Below are positions 1 to 20,215 of a stretch of DNA of 64,000 bases, piece by piece. The notes under the pieces are model-generated. The model ran no database searches. It was not told the origin of the DNA and saw only the letters and a program-made list of their open reading frames with translations. Source of the DNA: the human T2T-CHM13v2.0 reference genome, Homo sapiens. Each line of letters starts with the position of its first letter. Positions within the stretch are counted from its first letter, which is position 1. The stretch is from NCBI GenBank assembly GCA_009914755.4, contig CP086569.2, forward strand, positions 544,001-608,000. The letters run 5' to 3'. The position numbers were made by a program, and so were the translations under genes.

Positions 1-337
1 GGATTTCTAGAGACTTTTGAAAATCACAACTGAGAATAGAACTCGAGCCTCAGTTTCCACTTCATCCCAAGTGAAAATGAAGTAAAACATAGCACATGGC
101 AGGCTCCCCGCAGAGCAGGGCTGAATCGGGATGGGAGCTGGGAAATGGGGCACACTGCCCCTTTGCTTGATGGGTCTTTCAGGAAACAGAGGCTGCAACA
201 TTCTAGTTTCTGTATAAAGCCGGGACGCACACATTGTATTCCTTTACTTAACAAACACCTGTCTATTGAGGAGTTATTCAATATAGGGTACCATCTTCAA
301 GGTCCACAGTTTTACAGTTGGATTTCCCCCCGACCTT

Positions 338-950
<613 letters not shown>

Positions 951-1483
951 ACTTCTACCTATGACCTGGGTGAAGGTTCAGGAAACAAAACCCTCCATGG
1001 TAAGGGGCGTAAACCTGTGTGAGGGATCCTTCCTTTTACATAAACATCACTATTTTTCTTCCTGAGAACCATTAGCAGTTAATGAACTAGGAGAAAGTCA
1101 ATAATTAATGATTTTGAGGTCAGGGGCGTTTGCAGGACGGAACACCCTAAACGGTGGCCTCCGACTACCCGACGCCAGGTCTTTCTTCTCTGTTTATTCC
1201 TGGGTGGTGTTTATTCTGGGTTCTTGGGACAATCGGCTTCTGGTGGTCCTACCTGGCTTCGTGGCTTGTCCAGGGCTGTGATGTACAGAACGGACAATTT
1301 AACAACTTAGGGATATGCTATTACTCCATCCTTTTACTGTGACCTTCAAATACCCTAAAATAGTTGGTTTCATTCTGGGCACAGAAGGCTTTCCATCTGA
1401 AATGTCAGATTGCACGACCGAACTGTTCACTGTTATCCAGGGATAGAATGATGGGGTTTAGGTGGGGGTGCTGCGGAAGGAGG

Positions 1484-1950
<467 letters not shown>

Positions 1951-1959
1951 TAAAATATA

Positions 1960-2095
1960 TGTTTTGAAAGCAATTTTGAAATATACGATCCACCATTATG
2001 AACTATAGTCACCATGCTGTACAATACAGCACCAAAACTTATCATAACATCACCTTTTACTCCGTAAATATACAGTTATTATTTGTTAATTAAAA
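1960..2095 (-). mobile_element. old L1 3'-end fragment
   Basis: gaactatagtcaccatgctgtacaatacagcaccaaaacttatcataacatcacc matches the reverse complement of an old L1 3' region. Confidence 0.5.
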
Positions 2096-2100
2096 ATTTA

Positions 2101-2841
<741 letters not shown>

Positions 2842-3867
2842 TCACACAAGAAGGATTTTCGTTACTCTCAGATAATTTCCACGTACATCTGCTGCTTGGT
2901 TTTATTTTTTTCTCACGATTGTTTTTTTTTTTTCCTGGTGTTTTCTGGGGCCAAATTCAACTGCTTAGCACCATTTCTGGAGCTTTCCTCTTTGCACAAA
3001 GGACGTTCCCCTGGCATAAGACGCAGGTGCAGAGACAGAGAGACAGAGCTCCTCAATTACGGTTTGACAGATATTCCCAACCAGCCTTCTGGCCTCCCGG
3101 TACCTGGGGCATCTTAGTAGACACTCGCGCTGCAAAGATCTTGCTTGCATTCATTAAACACGACTGCTAATAACGTCGAGAGAATGCTTTGCAGCCTCGA
3201 ACGGTGAGCGCCTGATCTCCCTTCAAGACCTCATTAATCTTCTGATGTCCTCACGGCTCCGCGCCAGGTTACCTTTAAAAGGACAGCATTTGATGAAGGC
3301 AGAGATAAATTCTGTAGGCTGTACGGACGCCAATGGCGCCCTGAGACAGGCGGAGAGAGGTGGTTTGTCTTCACTGTCCCTTTGATAAAGATAAAGTGGG
3401 ATATGCGATTTATTGCCGTCCTGCAGCCACAGCCCACGCCATGGAAATCAAATGCTTTTTAGAAAGTGGTCTTTTAGTGATCTGATTATTCAGCCCTGTG
3501 GCCATAGCTAATGGTTGTCCACCCCAAAATCCATCCCTCCTCTTCCCACCGTGAACACAAAGTTAGACTTTTCTCAGTTTTGGTTGGGATTGATTAAGTA
3601 CTTGAGTTTCAGGAAACAGGAATGGCAGGTGCGCCTTTTGGATTTGAGCCTCAGAACAGAATCTCGCATACTATCTCGTGCTGGCCAGCAGGGACCCTGG
3701 AAGATCCAGCTCTGAACAGGAAGAAAATGAGAAGGCCACAGGGGCCTCTGGAGCAGCCTGGGTCCCTGAGTGACTGTGTGGAGCAGAGCATCTGGTACTA
3801 TGGAGAGCTCCTGTGGGGCTGTTGTGAGAAACAGAAGGAAATAAACTGATAATACAGGGGTCTTTTT

Positions 3868-4175
<308 letters not shown>

Positions 4176-4575
4176 ACCCGACAAGACTCTGGGTGTCTTT
4201 GTTACAGTTGTCCAGCATTGCTCTAACTGACAAGCCCCATTCTTGCGATCTATGGGAATGGAAACACAGGTCTTTTGACCCAAGGGCTTTCAGTATGTGA
4301 GGTAGAGAAATGTTTTATTTTTCTGCACCCACCAATATGGTGGAGTCTTGGCCAACTACGGAGGTAGGTGGGAAATGCCTGGCTGGAGTGCACCAGAGTT
4401 TGGCGAGAAGAAGCTTCTGGAAGTGTTTAACTCTGGCTGTATGGTGACCTCACTGTTCCCTGTGGGGCCCACTCTGGTGGAAGGGCACAGGGGTGAGTGG
4501 GGTGTCAGCCTCAAGACCTAAAGACCTGCGTGAGGCCAGCGAAAACCAAACATCGCATAAAATAAGGTGAAGCTG

Positions 4576-5300
<725 letters not shown>

Positions 5301-5846
5301 TAATCACCTGGGTGCAGGGTCTGAAAAAGGAGTCAGCAAAGGGAGATAGAGGTGGGGCAGTTTTATAGGATTTGGGTAGGTAGTGGAAAATTACAGTCAA
5401 AGGGGGTTATTCTCTTCAGGCAGGGGCGGGGGTCACAAGGTGCTCGGTGGGGGAGGCCCAGAGACTTATTGTTAAGGAGAAGGAATGTCACAACGTCAAT
5501 TGATCGGTTACGGTGTGGCAGAAACAAATCACAATGGGGGAATGTCATCAGTTAAGGCAGGAACCGGCCATTTTCACTTCTTTTCTGGTTCTTCAGTTGC
5601 TTCAGGCCATGTGGAGATATATGTGCAGGTCACAGGGGCTATGATGGCTTCGCTTGGGCTCAGAGGCCTGACACCTATTATCTTTCCAGGGCCTGAGACA
5701 GAGGACAGTTTTTCATCTTCACAGTCAGAGTGAATCCTGTTTCCTCATGACCTCTCATCCTCCATCCAGTCCATATCCCCATCTAGCAGCCGCCATGTTT
5801 CATTTGCCCATTAGGATATTTGACTGGTGGGTGGTGCAGGATTTTA

Positions 5847-6545
<699 letters not shown>

Positions 6546-7027
6546 TCATTTTTAAGAAGCTCACTTGCCTCCGGACTGTGAATTATTGAGCTGTGAATAT
6601 TGCAGGAGGGATTATTTCCCATAAATCGCGGACCGCTGCAAATGCTTCATAATCAGAATATGTCAAATGTTGCACAACCGGGAACCAAGTTGGTTTACAA
6701 CTTCCTGCCAGAATGAAGAACAGGACGGGTTGGCGCGTGACGGCGAACGGAAAAATGTCCTGTTTCCCTGTCCCAACTCCATAAGCACCGGCCATAATCA
6801 CGCTCATATAAACGAAGCCATTAGAGGCGGTTGACATTTTCATATTTTCATCTGTGACTGGAACGTCCGGCTCAACAATAATAAAAAAATTAAGGGAACT
6901 TACAGGAAGCTTTGCTTGCAACAGCTCAGATGCATGAAGCAGCCGTCACTCTCTGAAGGGTGGTGTTGCAGAAAAGGCAGACAAGTGAGGTGTTCCCCTG
7001 GCCGGCAGGTACACGGGAGCATTTTGA

Positions 7028-7589
<562 letters not shown>

Positions 7590-7836
7590 GTAAGAAGGAC
7601 CCTTTTGAGAAGGCATTTCTCTAAGCGCCGAACCTGTGACTTTTGGGACCCTGGACCTCAACTTGCAGATGCCTTGTGTGCTGGTGGAAAAGTGTGTGTC
7701 AACCCGGCTGGGACACAGTACCTAGGTTATTTGGCCAAACACTGATGTAGATGTTGTTTGTTTTTATATAAACCCAAACTTTATGAGGGTATCATTAACA
7801 AATAAAAATTGTATCCGTTTACAGTGTACCATGTGA

Positions 7837-8185
<349 letters not shown>

Positions 8186-8209
8186 CCGTTTTTTTGAATT
8201 TTAAAAAAA

Positions 8210-8493
<284 letters not shown>

Positions 8494-8511
8494 ATCCTGA
8501 AGTTACTTATT

Positions 8512-8805
<294 letters not shown>

Positions 8806-9059
8806 ATCCTGAAGCTACTTTTATATATGAAGTAAGCATTTAAATCGGTAGATGCTGGTAAAATAATAATAAAAAAAACCTTCATAGTGTGTGGGCGTCA
8901 TCTAATCAGTTGAAGGTCTTAAGAGGAAAAAATAATGGGAGTCTCCTAAGGAACAAGGAATTCTGCCTCCAGATGCAACATTAGCCCTTTGCTGATCTGT
9001 GGGCACTGGGTCCAACCTGTAGCGTTTGAAGTTGCATCTCCACAATCCTGTAAAAGCCA

Positions 9060-9130
9060 ATTCATTAAAATAAATCTCTCTCTCTCTCTCTGTCTCTCTC
9101 TCTCTCTTTTTCTGTGTCTCTCCCTTTCCA
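9060..9130. repeat. (CT)n/(TC)n microsatellite
   Basis: ctctctctctctctctgtctctctctctctc read directly. Confidence 0.9.
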
Positions 9131-10236
9131 TATTCCGTTGGTTCTGTTCCTCTAGATAACGCTGACATATACACTCTGTGTGTCTTCCCTTTCATCCTCA
9201 TCGCCTTTGTGAAAGGAAAGGAAATCTCAGGACCCCCAAATTACTAAGCCAAAGAGAAAAGTCAAACTGGGAACTTTGTCCCACAGACCTGCCTTCCATT
9301 CTCTTTGTAAATAAGATGTTACCAAGATCAAAAAGCTACATACCTCCCTCACCATTGGCCCACAAGGAAATTCCTTGTGGAGGGAGGACAAGTGACGATC
9401 CCTGTAAATTATGCATTTAGCCAAAGGCTAATCAGAAACTCAAAAGAATGCAACCATTGGTCTCTTATCTGCCTGTAACCTGGAAGACTCCTCCTGGCTT
9501 CGAGTTATTCTGACTTTCCAGACTGAACCCACGCACGTCTCACACATATTGATTGATGTCTCACGTCTCCCTAAAATGTATAAAACCAAGCTGTGCCCTG
9601 ACCATCTTGGGCACCTGTCATCAGGACCTCCTGAGGCTGTGTCACGGGCGCACGTCCTCAACCTTGGCAAAGTAAACTTGTCAAATGGGTTGGGACCTGT
9701 CTCAGATATTTTGGGCTCACCCCTTCCAAGCAGAAGGAAAGGAGGCTGCCTTTGGGTCATGTTGTTTCCCAAAATGTCCTGTCTGTGGCTGTTGTCCAGG
9801 GGAGGCAAGGTTGACTCTCTCGTTCAGCTCCCGATCTTCGATGTAGAGAGGGGACGGGGTGCAGTGTGGGTTCCCACCTGCAGCAGCTCTGAAGTATGTG
9901 ACTGAGCTCCTGACCTCAGGGACAGTGACCCCTGCCCCCAACAGGTGGTGTTATAACCCCACCCCTCAGTGCCCCTGTGATCCTGCCCAGCCCTAGCCAA
10001 GGAAGGCGTGTCCCCCTACAAGGAGTGGGTGGTGGGGGCTGCTCAGATGGAAAGCAGGAAAGATGTTCCCCAGAACCTATGGAGGTGGAGGGCATACACA
10101 GCCCATGAGCGGTAGCTACCCGGCTCACCCATGGTGCAGACCCCATCAGAGCTACGTTCCTGCTATGAGAGGAGAACATCCCACTCTGTGGGTGAACAGA
10201 GCCTCGTGTACCTCCAAGTCCACTGATGGACATTGA

Positions 10237-10677
<441 letters not shown>

Positions 10678-11261
10678 TGAGATGGAGTTCAGGGTTCTCT
10701 GGGTGGTGATTAAAATGACCCAGAACTAGATGGAGGTGGTGGTTGTACAACGTAATGAAAGCACTCAGAGTTACTGAATTGTGTGCACTTTATCATGGTG
10801 AATGGTTAATTTTAGGTTACGTGCATTTCACTTCAATGGAAAACAAAACACACTCATCCACAGACCCTCCCTCCCAAACCATGGCACCCACGTGGCGTGG
10901 CACACTTTGGGGTCCCATGTCCATCAGGGTGATCACAGGCATCACAAAGCTCAGGCCCGTGGGAAGATAAACGTTTCCAGATTCCTGCAGTCAGGCAGCG
11001 CTGGTTGTTCCTGAATGTCATAGAGTCAGGGACAAAATCAATGTCAGCGGAATCACGTGTGGGTTTTAGGGAGAGGGATGAATATCTAAATCCTCCTATA
11101 AATCCCCTTTTCCTTAGAGAATCTGCTCATTTCATCAGGAAGTCATTGTTAATTTTATTTTCTATTTTGTGTAATTCTTTTTATTTTTTTTAAACTATTT
11201 GCCACTCAGGGGACACGACGCACATCTCGTTTATCTTCAAGTCACTAACTTCATGCAATAA

Positions 11262-11627
<366 letters not shown>

Positions 11628-11664
11628 GGAAACCAGTTTTGATAATCCTGTCAAACTTTCCTGT

Positions 11665-11895
11665 TTTGTTCTGCTGTGATTTACTACCAGGAACTGGGTA
11701 ATTTATAAAGACAGACATTTATTTTCTCACAGTTCTGGAGGCTGGGAAGTCCAAGACCAAGGCACCATCATCTGGTGAGGAACTTCTTGCTGTGTCAGCC
11801 CATGGAGAAAGAGCAAAGAGAGGAGAAAGAGAGAGACAGAGACAGAGGCAGAGAGAGAGAAAGGAAGAGGGGGCCAAATTCCATCCTGGGTGATG
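11665..11895 (-). mobile_element. MaLR (THE1/MST-type) LTR 3'-portion fragment with (GA)n-rich tail
   Basis: ctaccaggaactgggtaatttataaagacagacatttattttctcacagttctggaggctgggaagtccaagaccaaggcaccatcatctggtgagg is the reverse complement of the MaLR LTR 3' end (..tataaattacccag..). Confidence 0.55.
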
Positions 11896-12689
11896 AGTAA
11901 GAATCTGTCTCTAAAAAATAAAAGAAAAACAACATCACAAACTGGTTTCCAGGCTGGAAACCAGTTTTACAGCTCTGTTAAAAGAGATGAGAAATGCTGC
12001 GTGGTAGATGCAACCTGATTTCTGGGGTCATTGATGTTCAACTCCCTTGGGCGTCATTTCTAAGCCAAAATTATAGGACAGGATGCTCTGAGATTAGACC
12101 TCTTTATCTCTTCTCCTCACCTCAACCTCAAGCCTCCCAAATTCCAGAGCTCTATCAGAACACAATGAATATAAAAGTATCCTAGGAACTGAGAAGCGAG
12201 AAGAAGGGGAAAGATGATGACATCATGGGAGGAATGGAAGAAAAAGGGGTGAGTCATTCCCTTGAGTTTCTTGGGAAACAGTCAATGCAGGGAGAAATAA
12301 CACTGAGTTGGAGGTGGCTGCTGGCTCAGGGAACTGCATGAAAGCCAGTGAGCATCATGTGGTTTATAAGTAAATGAGCAATTTCTGCCTCACCGTGCAG
12401 AACATAGAGAAACCCCTCCTGAGAATGTAAAGACAAAAACTCATATTATTTGCAATATGTCATGGACATGGAGCAATACAAATCTCTGATTGCACCATAG
12501 ATGTTACGATTGACTTCCAGGGTTTGCAAGAGCTATGGTTTGCGTATTTCTCCCCTCTCAAATGCATGTTGAAATGTAATTGCTATTGCAACAGTGTTGA
12601 GAGGTGAGACGTTTAAGAGGCCATCAGTCCATGAGGGCTCTGCTGTCGTGAATGGTTTAATGCTGTTATGGAAAGAGTGAGTTCCCTGT

Positions 12690-12940
12690 GAGAGAATGAG
12701 TTTGAGCCCCTCTCGCTCTCTTTCTCTCTTTCTAAAAGAATAAGTTTGGCCCCCTCTTGCTGTCTCTCTCTCTCCTCTCTTTGCTTTTTCTCCATGGGCT
12801 GACACAGCAAGAAGGTCCTCACCAGATGATGGTGCCTTGGTCTTGGACTTCCCAGACTCCAGAACAGTGAGAAAATAAATGTCTCTTCTTTATAAATTAC
12901 CCAGTTCCTGGTAGTCTGTTACGGCAGCAAAAAACAGACT
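12690..12940 (+). mobile_element. MaLR LTR fragment, inverted copy of 11665-11895
   Basis: ...ccttggtcttggacttcccagactccagaacagtgagaaaataaatgtctcttctttataaattacccagttcctggtagtctgttacggcagc; about 90% identical to the reverse complement of 11665-11895, including the GA-rich part. Confidence 0.55.
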
Positions 12941-13548
12941 AAGACAGGAAGGGCTAGCAAGGGCTTGTGGTGTTTGAGAATATTTCATTTTGAAGAGGAG
13001 ACACTTCAGCACACAGGAGACAGCACAAGCATGTAAGACCAGGTCTCCCCCAGCAGCCCCTGACCTCAAACTTGGAAAGTGGTGTGAGCAGACAAAAAGA
13101 AGGCAACATGGTATTGGCCTCAGACAATTCCCAAAACAATTTAGGGCACAGGCTTGAATCTGCACCCTGAAAAGTGTCTATAGGAAAGTACGGATGGTGC
13201 ATGGAAGACAGAAAATTTGAAAATATAAAGAATCAGAGGACAAGAAAGAGAATTGTGAGCAAAAGTTTACAAAGAAAGATGGCAGATGAAAGTAAATGCA
13301 GGCATGGATTTCAGAGAGGGTTGGCTAGGTTGCCCGTGGAGTGACAGAGCCATTTGGAATAATATGGTAGCTTTCTCTATGCTTTTCTTTTTCCAAGAGA
13401 AAGTACAAACGTAAAGTACTAGTGTTTAGGGAGAGGAAATAAGTATATGAAAGAAAAAAAAATCAGAGGCAAAGACTTTAAGGAAAGAGAGTGATTCTAG
13501 AACAAACAGGGTCAAGCCTAATGTTTAGAGATAACCATTGCAAAGAAC

Positions 13549-14128
13549 CATTGGAGTAAGCCATGGGTGGATCTCTCTCTCTCTCTTTAAACAACATTCA
13601 TTTAATTAATTAGCTCACTCCATTGAGAAATAAAAAATTGTCTTTGTTGTGTGCAATGTGTTTTGAAATATGGATACATTGTGGAATGGCTCAATAGCAC
13701 TAATTCACATATGAATGAGCTTGTATACTCATCATATTTTTGTGGTGAGAACATTTAATATCTACTCTCTAGTAATTTTCAAAAGTAGACAATACATTGT
13801 TCTTAACTACAGTCACCATGCTGCATAATACACCTCCATTGGAGTAAGCCATGGGTGGATTTCTCTCTCTCTCTTTAAACAACATTCATTTAATTAATTA
13901 GTTCACTCCATTGAGAAATAAAAAATTGTCTTTGTTGTGTGCAATGTGTTTTGAAATATGGATACATTGTGGAATGGCTCAATGGCACTAATTCACATAT
14001 GAATGAGCTCGTATACTCATCACATTTTTGTGGTGAGAACATTTAATATCTACTCTCTCATAATTTTCAAGAGTAGGCAATACATTATTATTAACTACAG
14101 TCACCATGCTGCATAATACACCTCCTGC
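13549..14128. repeat. Local tandem duplication, 2 copies of ~290 bp (old L1-derived sequence)
   Basis: cattggagtaagccatgggtggat(c/t)tctctctctctttaaacaacattcatttaattaatta... occurs at 13549 and 13839 with near identity through ...actacagtcaccatgctgcataatacacctcc. Confidence 0.85.
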
Positions 14129-14129
14129 A

Positions 14130-14900
<771 letters not shown>

Positions 14901-14967
14901 TGGCCAGAAGAGAAACTCATTTCCCCAAGGAAAGGAAAGATGGGGGAGAGCTTAGACATTAAAAGTG

Positions 14968-15290
<323 letters not shown>

Positions 15291-15360
15291 TCAATCTATC
15301 CTCAGAGAAAGAGAGAGGGGGGCATGAGTCAGGTGACCAAGTTCCTCTGCATGGGAGAAC

Positions 15361-15495
15361 CTTTCCTAAGGAGGAATTGTCTGTCTTAGTCTGTTCTGTG
15401 CTGCTACAACTGACTACCAGGGACTGGGTAATTTATAAGGAACAGAAATGTATTTGCTCATAGTTCTGGAGGCTGGGAAGTCCAAGAACAAGACA
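15361..15495 (-). mobile_element. MaLR LTR 3'-end fragment
   Basis: gtcttagtctgttctgtgctgctacaactgactaccagggactgggtaatttataaggaacagaaatgtatttgctcatagttctggaggctgggaagtccaag. Confidence 0.6.
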
Positions 15496-16294
15496 CACTT
15501 CCTGATGAGTGACAGGAAGGAGTGACCTGAGACCAAGGCTTGTCCTTCTGGTTGTCGGTGACAGCCAGCACCTGGTCCGTGTTGGGGCATCAACCATCAA
15601 GGAAAAGTTCTTGGTGCAGCTCCAACACGCCAGTTCTGATTTCCACGTTTCTTTTTACACAGCGGTGCAGAGGAATGAATTATTAGCGTGAGGTGTCTCA
15701 GAGAGAACATGTGGGAACGTTGTAAAAAGAAAACCCTCGTTCCTTTCTTTCTTGAGATATAAATGCAGTCAGATCCGAGGTGCTGGAAACCAGCATTCAT
15801 TTGCAGCCGAATTCTCAGCATCGACTAATGATATTCCGCAAATGGCTGGAGACTTCCAGGAACATGTGTTTCGAATTGCAGAACCATGAAAGAGTTTTGT
15901 TGGCACTCATAAATAATGAATTTTTTTTTTCCTAGACCCTACTGACCAGGCCCACATGTTGGGTCAGGGCGGTCAGCGTGCGGGTGCCCCCGGGTGCTGT
16001 GACTGGTGGCATGGATCAGGGAGAAATGAGAAAGAAAACGGGGAATGAGGGAATGGGACTCTGTGTGTGCAGAAGAGTCTGTTCAATTGTCTTCAGCTAG
16101 TGGCAAAGCAAATGGCATTTATGGGCCTAATTTACGGAGCATACATGGCAGGAAAGGTGAGGTAAATCATCTTAATATTAAGATTTATGTCTTGTGTGCT
16201 AAGGACTAATTTCCATAAGGCATTTACAAAAGCCATCTTGTCCTTGGAGAATGTGGTAAATCGGTTCCTCAACAGGCCTCTGACCCAGCAGCCT

Positions 16295-16556
16295 ACAAGT
16301 ATTTTTTCCCTTATTTTCCCTCTTCTATTTTCTTTCTTTTTCTCTTTCCTCTTCCCTCTCCCCCTTCCCTTCCTTCCTCTCCCTCCCTTCCTTTCTTTGT
16401 TCCTTTCATCCTTCCTTTCCTTCCTTCGTTTTCTCCCTTCCTTTCTTACTTCCTCCCCTCCTTTATTCCATTTTCCTCCCTCAGTTCCTCCCTCCTTCCC
16501 TTCCCTTTTTCCTACCTTCATTCCTCCATTTTCCTTCCTTCCTCCCTCCCTCCTTC

Positions 16557-16605
<49 letters not shown>

Positions 16606-16790
16606 TTCCTTTCTTCCTTCCTTTCTTTTCTTTCTTTCTTTCTTTGTTTGTTTGTTTTCTTTCTTTCTTTCTTTGTTTTCTTTCTTTCCTTCCTTTCTTT
16701 CTTTCTCTTTCTTGCTTTCTTTTTCTTTTTTCTTTCTTTCTTTCTGTCTGTCTCTCTCTCTCTCTCTCTCTTTCTCTCTTTCTGTAATCC
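16295..16790 (+). repeat. Long polypyrimidine simple repeat (TTCC/CTTT/TC)n, ~500 bp
   Basis: Uninterrupted C/T run read directly: tctttccttcc..., (ctttctttctttc)n, (tc)n at 16745-16775. Confidence 0.95.
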
Positions 16791-17080
16791 AGCACTTTGG
16801 GAGGCCAAGGTGGGTGGATCACCTGAGGTCAGGAGTTCGAGACCAGCCTAGCCAACACGGTGAAACCCCATCTTTACTAAATATACAAAATTAGCTGGGC
16901 CTAGCGGCGCATGCCTGTAATCCCAGCTACTTGGGAGGCTGAGGCAGGAGAATCGCCTGAACCCAGAGGCGGAAGTTGCAGTGAGCCGAGATTACCCCAG
17001 TGTACTCCAGCCTGGGCTACAGAGTGAGACTCTGTCTAAAAAAAAAAAAATTAAAATAAAAAATTAAAAAGTGCACTTCT
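16786..17080 (+). mobile_element. Alu (plus), 5'-truncated, with A-rich tail
   Basis: ctgtaatccagcactttgggaggccaaggtgggtggatcacctgaggtcaggagttcgagaccagcc ... gtctaaaaaaaaaaaaattaaaataaaaaattaaaaa. Confidence 0.85.
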
Positions 17081-17240
17081 TATGAAGAGGTGAGATGCTG
17101 AAGATCATAAAATGGGATGGAGGACGCGTGGATGGGGACGGTTGTATTTTAATCACAGTTCCTTCTGAGTTACTTGAATAGTTTTGCAATGTGTTGCTTT
17201 GAAGAAAATATTACATATACATTTTAACGGATATATGTGC

Positions 17241-18041
<801 letters not shown>

Positions 18042-18119
18042 TCACACGTGCTTAATGACAATTTTACCCTCTGCGTTTGCTTCTGCAGTTGTAACAAAGG
18101 ACAACGTTAAAACAACAGG

Positions 18120-19130
18120 AATTTATTCTCTCCCAGTCCTGGAGACCAGGAGTTTGAGATCAAGGGGTCTCAGGACCATGCTTCCTCTGGAGGCTCTAGG
18201 GGAGGGTCCTTCCTGCCTCTCCCAGCTTCTGGGGGCTCCAGGCATCCCTGGGTTTGTGGCCGCCTCTCTGCAGTCTCTGCCTCCATCTCCACGTGGCCTC
18301 CTCTGTGTCTGTGTCTCCTCTTTGTCTCTTATGGGGTCACCCCTCATTGGATTTAGAGTCCAACTCCAATGCAAGACGATTTCATTTTGAGATCCTTCCC
18401 TTAATCACATCTGCAAAGACCCTATTTCCAAATGAGGTCCTATTCACGGATTCTAAGGTTTAGGACCTGGACATGTCTTTGGGGGATCCCCATTCAACCC
18501 ACTGCAATTTGGTCTGGTTCCTTTTAGAAGCTCTAGGGGAGGATCCTTCCTGCCTCTTCGAGCTCCTGGGGGCTCCAGGTGTCCCTGTGTTTGTGGCCGC
18601 ATCACTCCAGTCTCTGCTTCTGTCTCCACGAGGCCGTCTCCTCTGTGTCTGTGTCTTCCCTGCTGTCTCTTAGAAGGACACCTGTCACTGGGTTTACGGA
18701 CTGCCCAAATATACCAGGATGATCTCTGCATCTGAAGATCTTTCATCTGCAAAGACTTTGCCATATAAGACGGAATTCACAGGTTGCCAGGGTTAGGAAG
18801 TGAACATTTTTGAAGAGGTGGGCCATGCCTTAGCCTACCACATCCACCTCTGGTTCATGGTGCCTGTTAGCTCTGTCCACCAGGGATTCCTGGGGAAACT
18901 CAGTCCCCATCTCCATAAATCTCCTGCAGGCTGCTTGTGCAGAAACCCCCTCAGCTCAGCAAGCTGATCAGGTCTGCACTAGGGACTTTTGTCCTACAGC
19001 TCTGAGGAGCTGCTTCAAACACATTCTCACCTCTCTTTGCCTCTTCTCCCTCTGAAGTCTGTATAGTTTTTGTTCCTCAGGTTCCATTCAGGAGAACTTG
19101 GAAGAAACCAAAAATATAAAGACACATAGA
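18120..19130 (+). mobile_element. MaLR (MLT1-like) LTR with an internal ~350-bp segment present twice
   Basis: ctctggaggctctaggggagggtccttcctgcctc...gtggccgcctctctgcagtctctgcctc (18183-18300) is repeated at 18530-18650; ...cttaatcacatctgcaaagaccctatttccaaatgaggtcctattcacggattctaag is a typical MLT1 motif. Confidence 0.45.
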
Positions 19131-19285
19131 GACATGTTTCACCCAAAGGAGCTACACCTTCTCTTCTTTTTTTTAATTTTACTTTTAAAAAATTTTAATT
19201 GACAAATAATAACTGTATGTATTCATGGGGTACATTGCAAGGTTTTTGTATATGTATGACTTACAGAAAGATTAAATCATGCTAG

Positions 19286-20012
<727 letters not shown>

Positions 20013-20029
20013 ATTTCTTTGTGGAGAGA

Positions 20030-20215
20030 ATGTTTACAATCAACTCTTTTCACAATTTTGAGGTACAGAATGTGTTATTATTCATAATAGTCACCATGCT
20101 TTGCAATGCATCACTTAAGCGTATTTCTGCTGTTTGACAAAAACTTTGTACCCTTTGATCGACATCTGTCTTTTCCCCAACCACCTCCCAGAAGTCAACT
20201 TTTTTGTTGATTTAC
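20030..20215 (-). mobile_element. old L1 3'-end fragment
   Basis: ttcacaattttgaggtacagaatgtgttattattcataatagtcaccatgctttgcaatgcatcac...ctttgtaccctttgatcgacatctgtcttttccccaacc. Confidence 0.5.

Noticed and set aside
6583-6921. The 112-aa ORF read as a bacterial or cloning-vector gene
   Set aside because: It was considered because of the CpG o/e near 1 and promoter-like hexamers. It was downgraded because several other unique islands in this window show the same CpG retention without ORFs. ORFs over 110 aa are frequent here by chance. The start is TTG with no Shine-Dalgarno sequence, and no bacterial protein family is recognisable. It is kept as a low-probability alternative in the findings, pending BLAST.
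9400-9720. Possible solitary ERV LTR (tgtaaattatgcatttagccaaaggctaatcag ... aaaatgtataaaaccaagctgtgccctgaccatcttgggcac)
   Set aside because: It has a TATA-like box and an LTR-like flavour, but I cannot assign a family or see terminal TG...CA with a TSD. It is not reported as a feature.
16132-16894. ORFs 16187..16894(+), 16481..16822(-), 16518..16808(-)
   Set aside because: These have the same cause as above: the (TTCC/CTTT)n simple repeat at 16295-16790 produces stop-free low-complexity frames.
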